A stretch of 407 nucleotides of DNA from Escherichia coli (GTDB taxonomy: Bacteria; Pseudomonadota; Gammaproteobacteria; Enterobacterales; Enterobacteriaceae), in the NCBI RefSeq assembly GCF_003334335.1, contig NZ_QOWQ01000197.1. The stretch is one strand, 5' to 3'. The notes below the pieces were generated by a model, which was not told where the DNA came from, searched no databases, and worked only from the letters and a program-made list of their open reading frames with translations. This document shows, one piece after another, positions 1-407 of this stretch; positions within the stretch are counted from its first letter, which is position 1, and each line of letters begins with the position of its first letter. Made by a program: the position numbers and the translations under genes.

Positions 1-407
1 ATCATCACGCCAATGGAGCCGATACGGGATGTCTGGGTAACCAGCCGTCGGGAGCAGGCCGACGCCAGCAGCATGGCTGCAGAACAGGCCGTGTCATTGC
101 ACAGTGCCCAGACCGGCTTCTGCTGACTAAGTCGGTAAATCATGTCAGCACAGTCAAACGCACCGGCGGCCTGCCCGCCCGGACTGTCAATGTCCAGCAG
201 TACACCCCGCACCTGGCTATCCGCCATTGCCTGCTGAAGACAGGCGACAATGCCGTCATAGCCTGTCATTCCGGAAAATGGCCGCATACCCCCCAGCCGG
301 TGCACCAGCGTGCCTGTCACCGGCAGTACAGCAATACCGTTCACCACCCGGTAAACACGGGCCGGTCGTTTACCTCCGGCCATGTACTCGTCCGTTTCAG
401 CCAGCAT
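1..407 (-). CDS. Phage prohead (head maturation) protease, peptidase S49 family, lambda gpC-like; partial CDS (C-terminal part continues beyond position 1; N-terminus may lie beyond position 407)
   Basis: The minus-strand frame with codons at 407-405 down to 5-3 is open for all 135 codons. The translation contains the blocks RVYRVVNGIAVLPVTGTLV, RPFSGMTGYDGIVA, GVLLDIDSPGG-AGAFDCAD, KPVWALCND-CSAA-LLASA-SRRLVTQT and IGSIGVMM. From memory these align closely with lambda gpC (…SYQVMNGIAVLPVSGTLV…QPYSGMTGYNGIIA…GILLDMDTPGGMVAGAFDCAD…KPVWALANDMNCSAGQLLASAASRRLVTQTARTGSIGVMM…). Codon choice is typical of enterobacterial genes (CTG, CCG, GGC, GCC). The opposite strand shows only short interrupted ORFs. 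Confidence 0.9.
   Translation of the reverse strand, partial: MLAETDEYMAGGKRPARVYRVVNGIAVLPVTGTLVHRLGGMRPFSGMTGYDGIVACLQQAMADSQVRGVLLDIDSPGGQAAGAFDCADMIYRLSQQKPVWALCNDTACSAAMLLASACSRRLVTQTSRIGSIGVM
81..83 (-). other. Codon for the predicted nucleophilic serine of the S49 protease (Ser109 of the window translation, in the motif N-D-T-A-C-S-A-A)
   Basis: Plus-strand aga at 81-83 is TCT (Ser) on the minus strand. It sits in the block ALCNDTACSAAMLLAS, which aligns with the lambda gpC block ALANDMNCSAGQLLAS. As I recall, the Ser in that block (Ser166) is the proposed catalytic residue of gpC. The assignment rests on remembered homology, not on computation. Confidence 0.5.

Noticed and set aside
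73-126. Short plus-strand ORF, ATG at 73-75 to TGA at 124-126 (17 codons)
   Set aside because: It lies entirely antisense to a strongly supported, conserved protease reading frame and is far too short with no supporting signals. Such short ORFs are expected by chance on the antisense strand of GC-rich coding DNA.
163-182. GC-rich stretch ccggcggcctgcccgcccgg with imperfect dyad symmetry
   Set aside because: The symmetry is imperfect. The stretch encodes the conserved SPGGQAAG segment of the protease (Gly/Pro/Ala codons), which fully explains the composition.
261-319. 8-bp direct repeat gcctgtca at 261-268 and 312-319
   Set aside because: A single 8-mer repeated once in about 400 bp is expected by chance (roughly one such pair expected). 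There is no array structure and no regular spacing, so it is not CRISPR-like or iteron-like.
361-380. Weak inverted repeat gccgg(361-365) ... ccggc(376-380), a possible 5-bp stem with a 10-nt loop
   Set aside because: It is short, has no following T-tract, and sits inside the coding sequence near the 5' end of the gene. It is consistent with chance in GC-rich sequence and is not a credible terminator or regulatory hairpin.
381-383. Internal in-frame ATG (Met9) as an alternative translation start
   Set aside because: No convincing Shine-Dalgarno sequence lies in the 5-10 nt upstream of it on the minus strand (gaaacggacgagtac), and homology suggests the protein extends further N-terminal. It is most likely an internal methionine.
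1-407. Search for tRNA, rRNA, CRISPR repeats, insertion-sequence ends, promoters or terminators
   Set aside because: None found. The window is fully occupied by one protein-coding frame, with no repeat-spacer periodicity, no cloverleaf-compatible segments, and no intergenic space.

Overview
The whole 407-bp window is one continuous open reading frame on the minus strand, with 135 sense codons and no stop. It encodes the N-terminal to central part of a tailed-phage prohead (head maturation) protease of the peptidase S49 / ClpP-crotonase-fold family, the type represented by phage lambda minor capsid protein C (gpC). The translation (read 407 to 3) is MLAETDEYMAGGKRPARVYRVVNGIAVLPVTGTLVHRLGGMRPFSGMTGYDGIVACLQQAMADSQVRGVLLDIDSPGGQAAGAFDCADMIYRLSQQKPVWALCNDTACSAAMLLASACSRRLVTQTSRIGSIGVMM. 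The match to lambda gpC is from memory, not a database search. The gene runs off the window at position 1, and its true start is probably beyond position 407. GC content is about 60.7% by hand count (247 of 407). I see no RNA genes, CRISPR repeats, mobile-element ends, promoters or terminators. I also see no evidence of a novel or undescribed system here: this is an ordinary structural gene of a lambdoid phage or prophage head-morphogenesis module, probably in an enterobacterial host.
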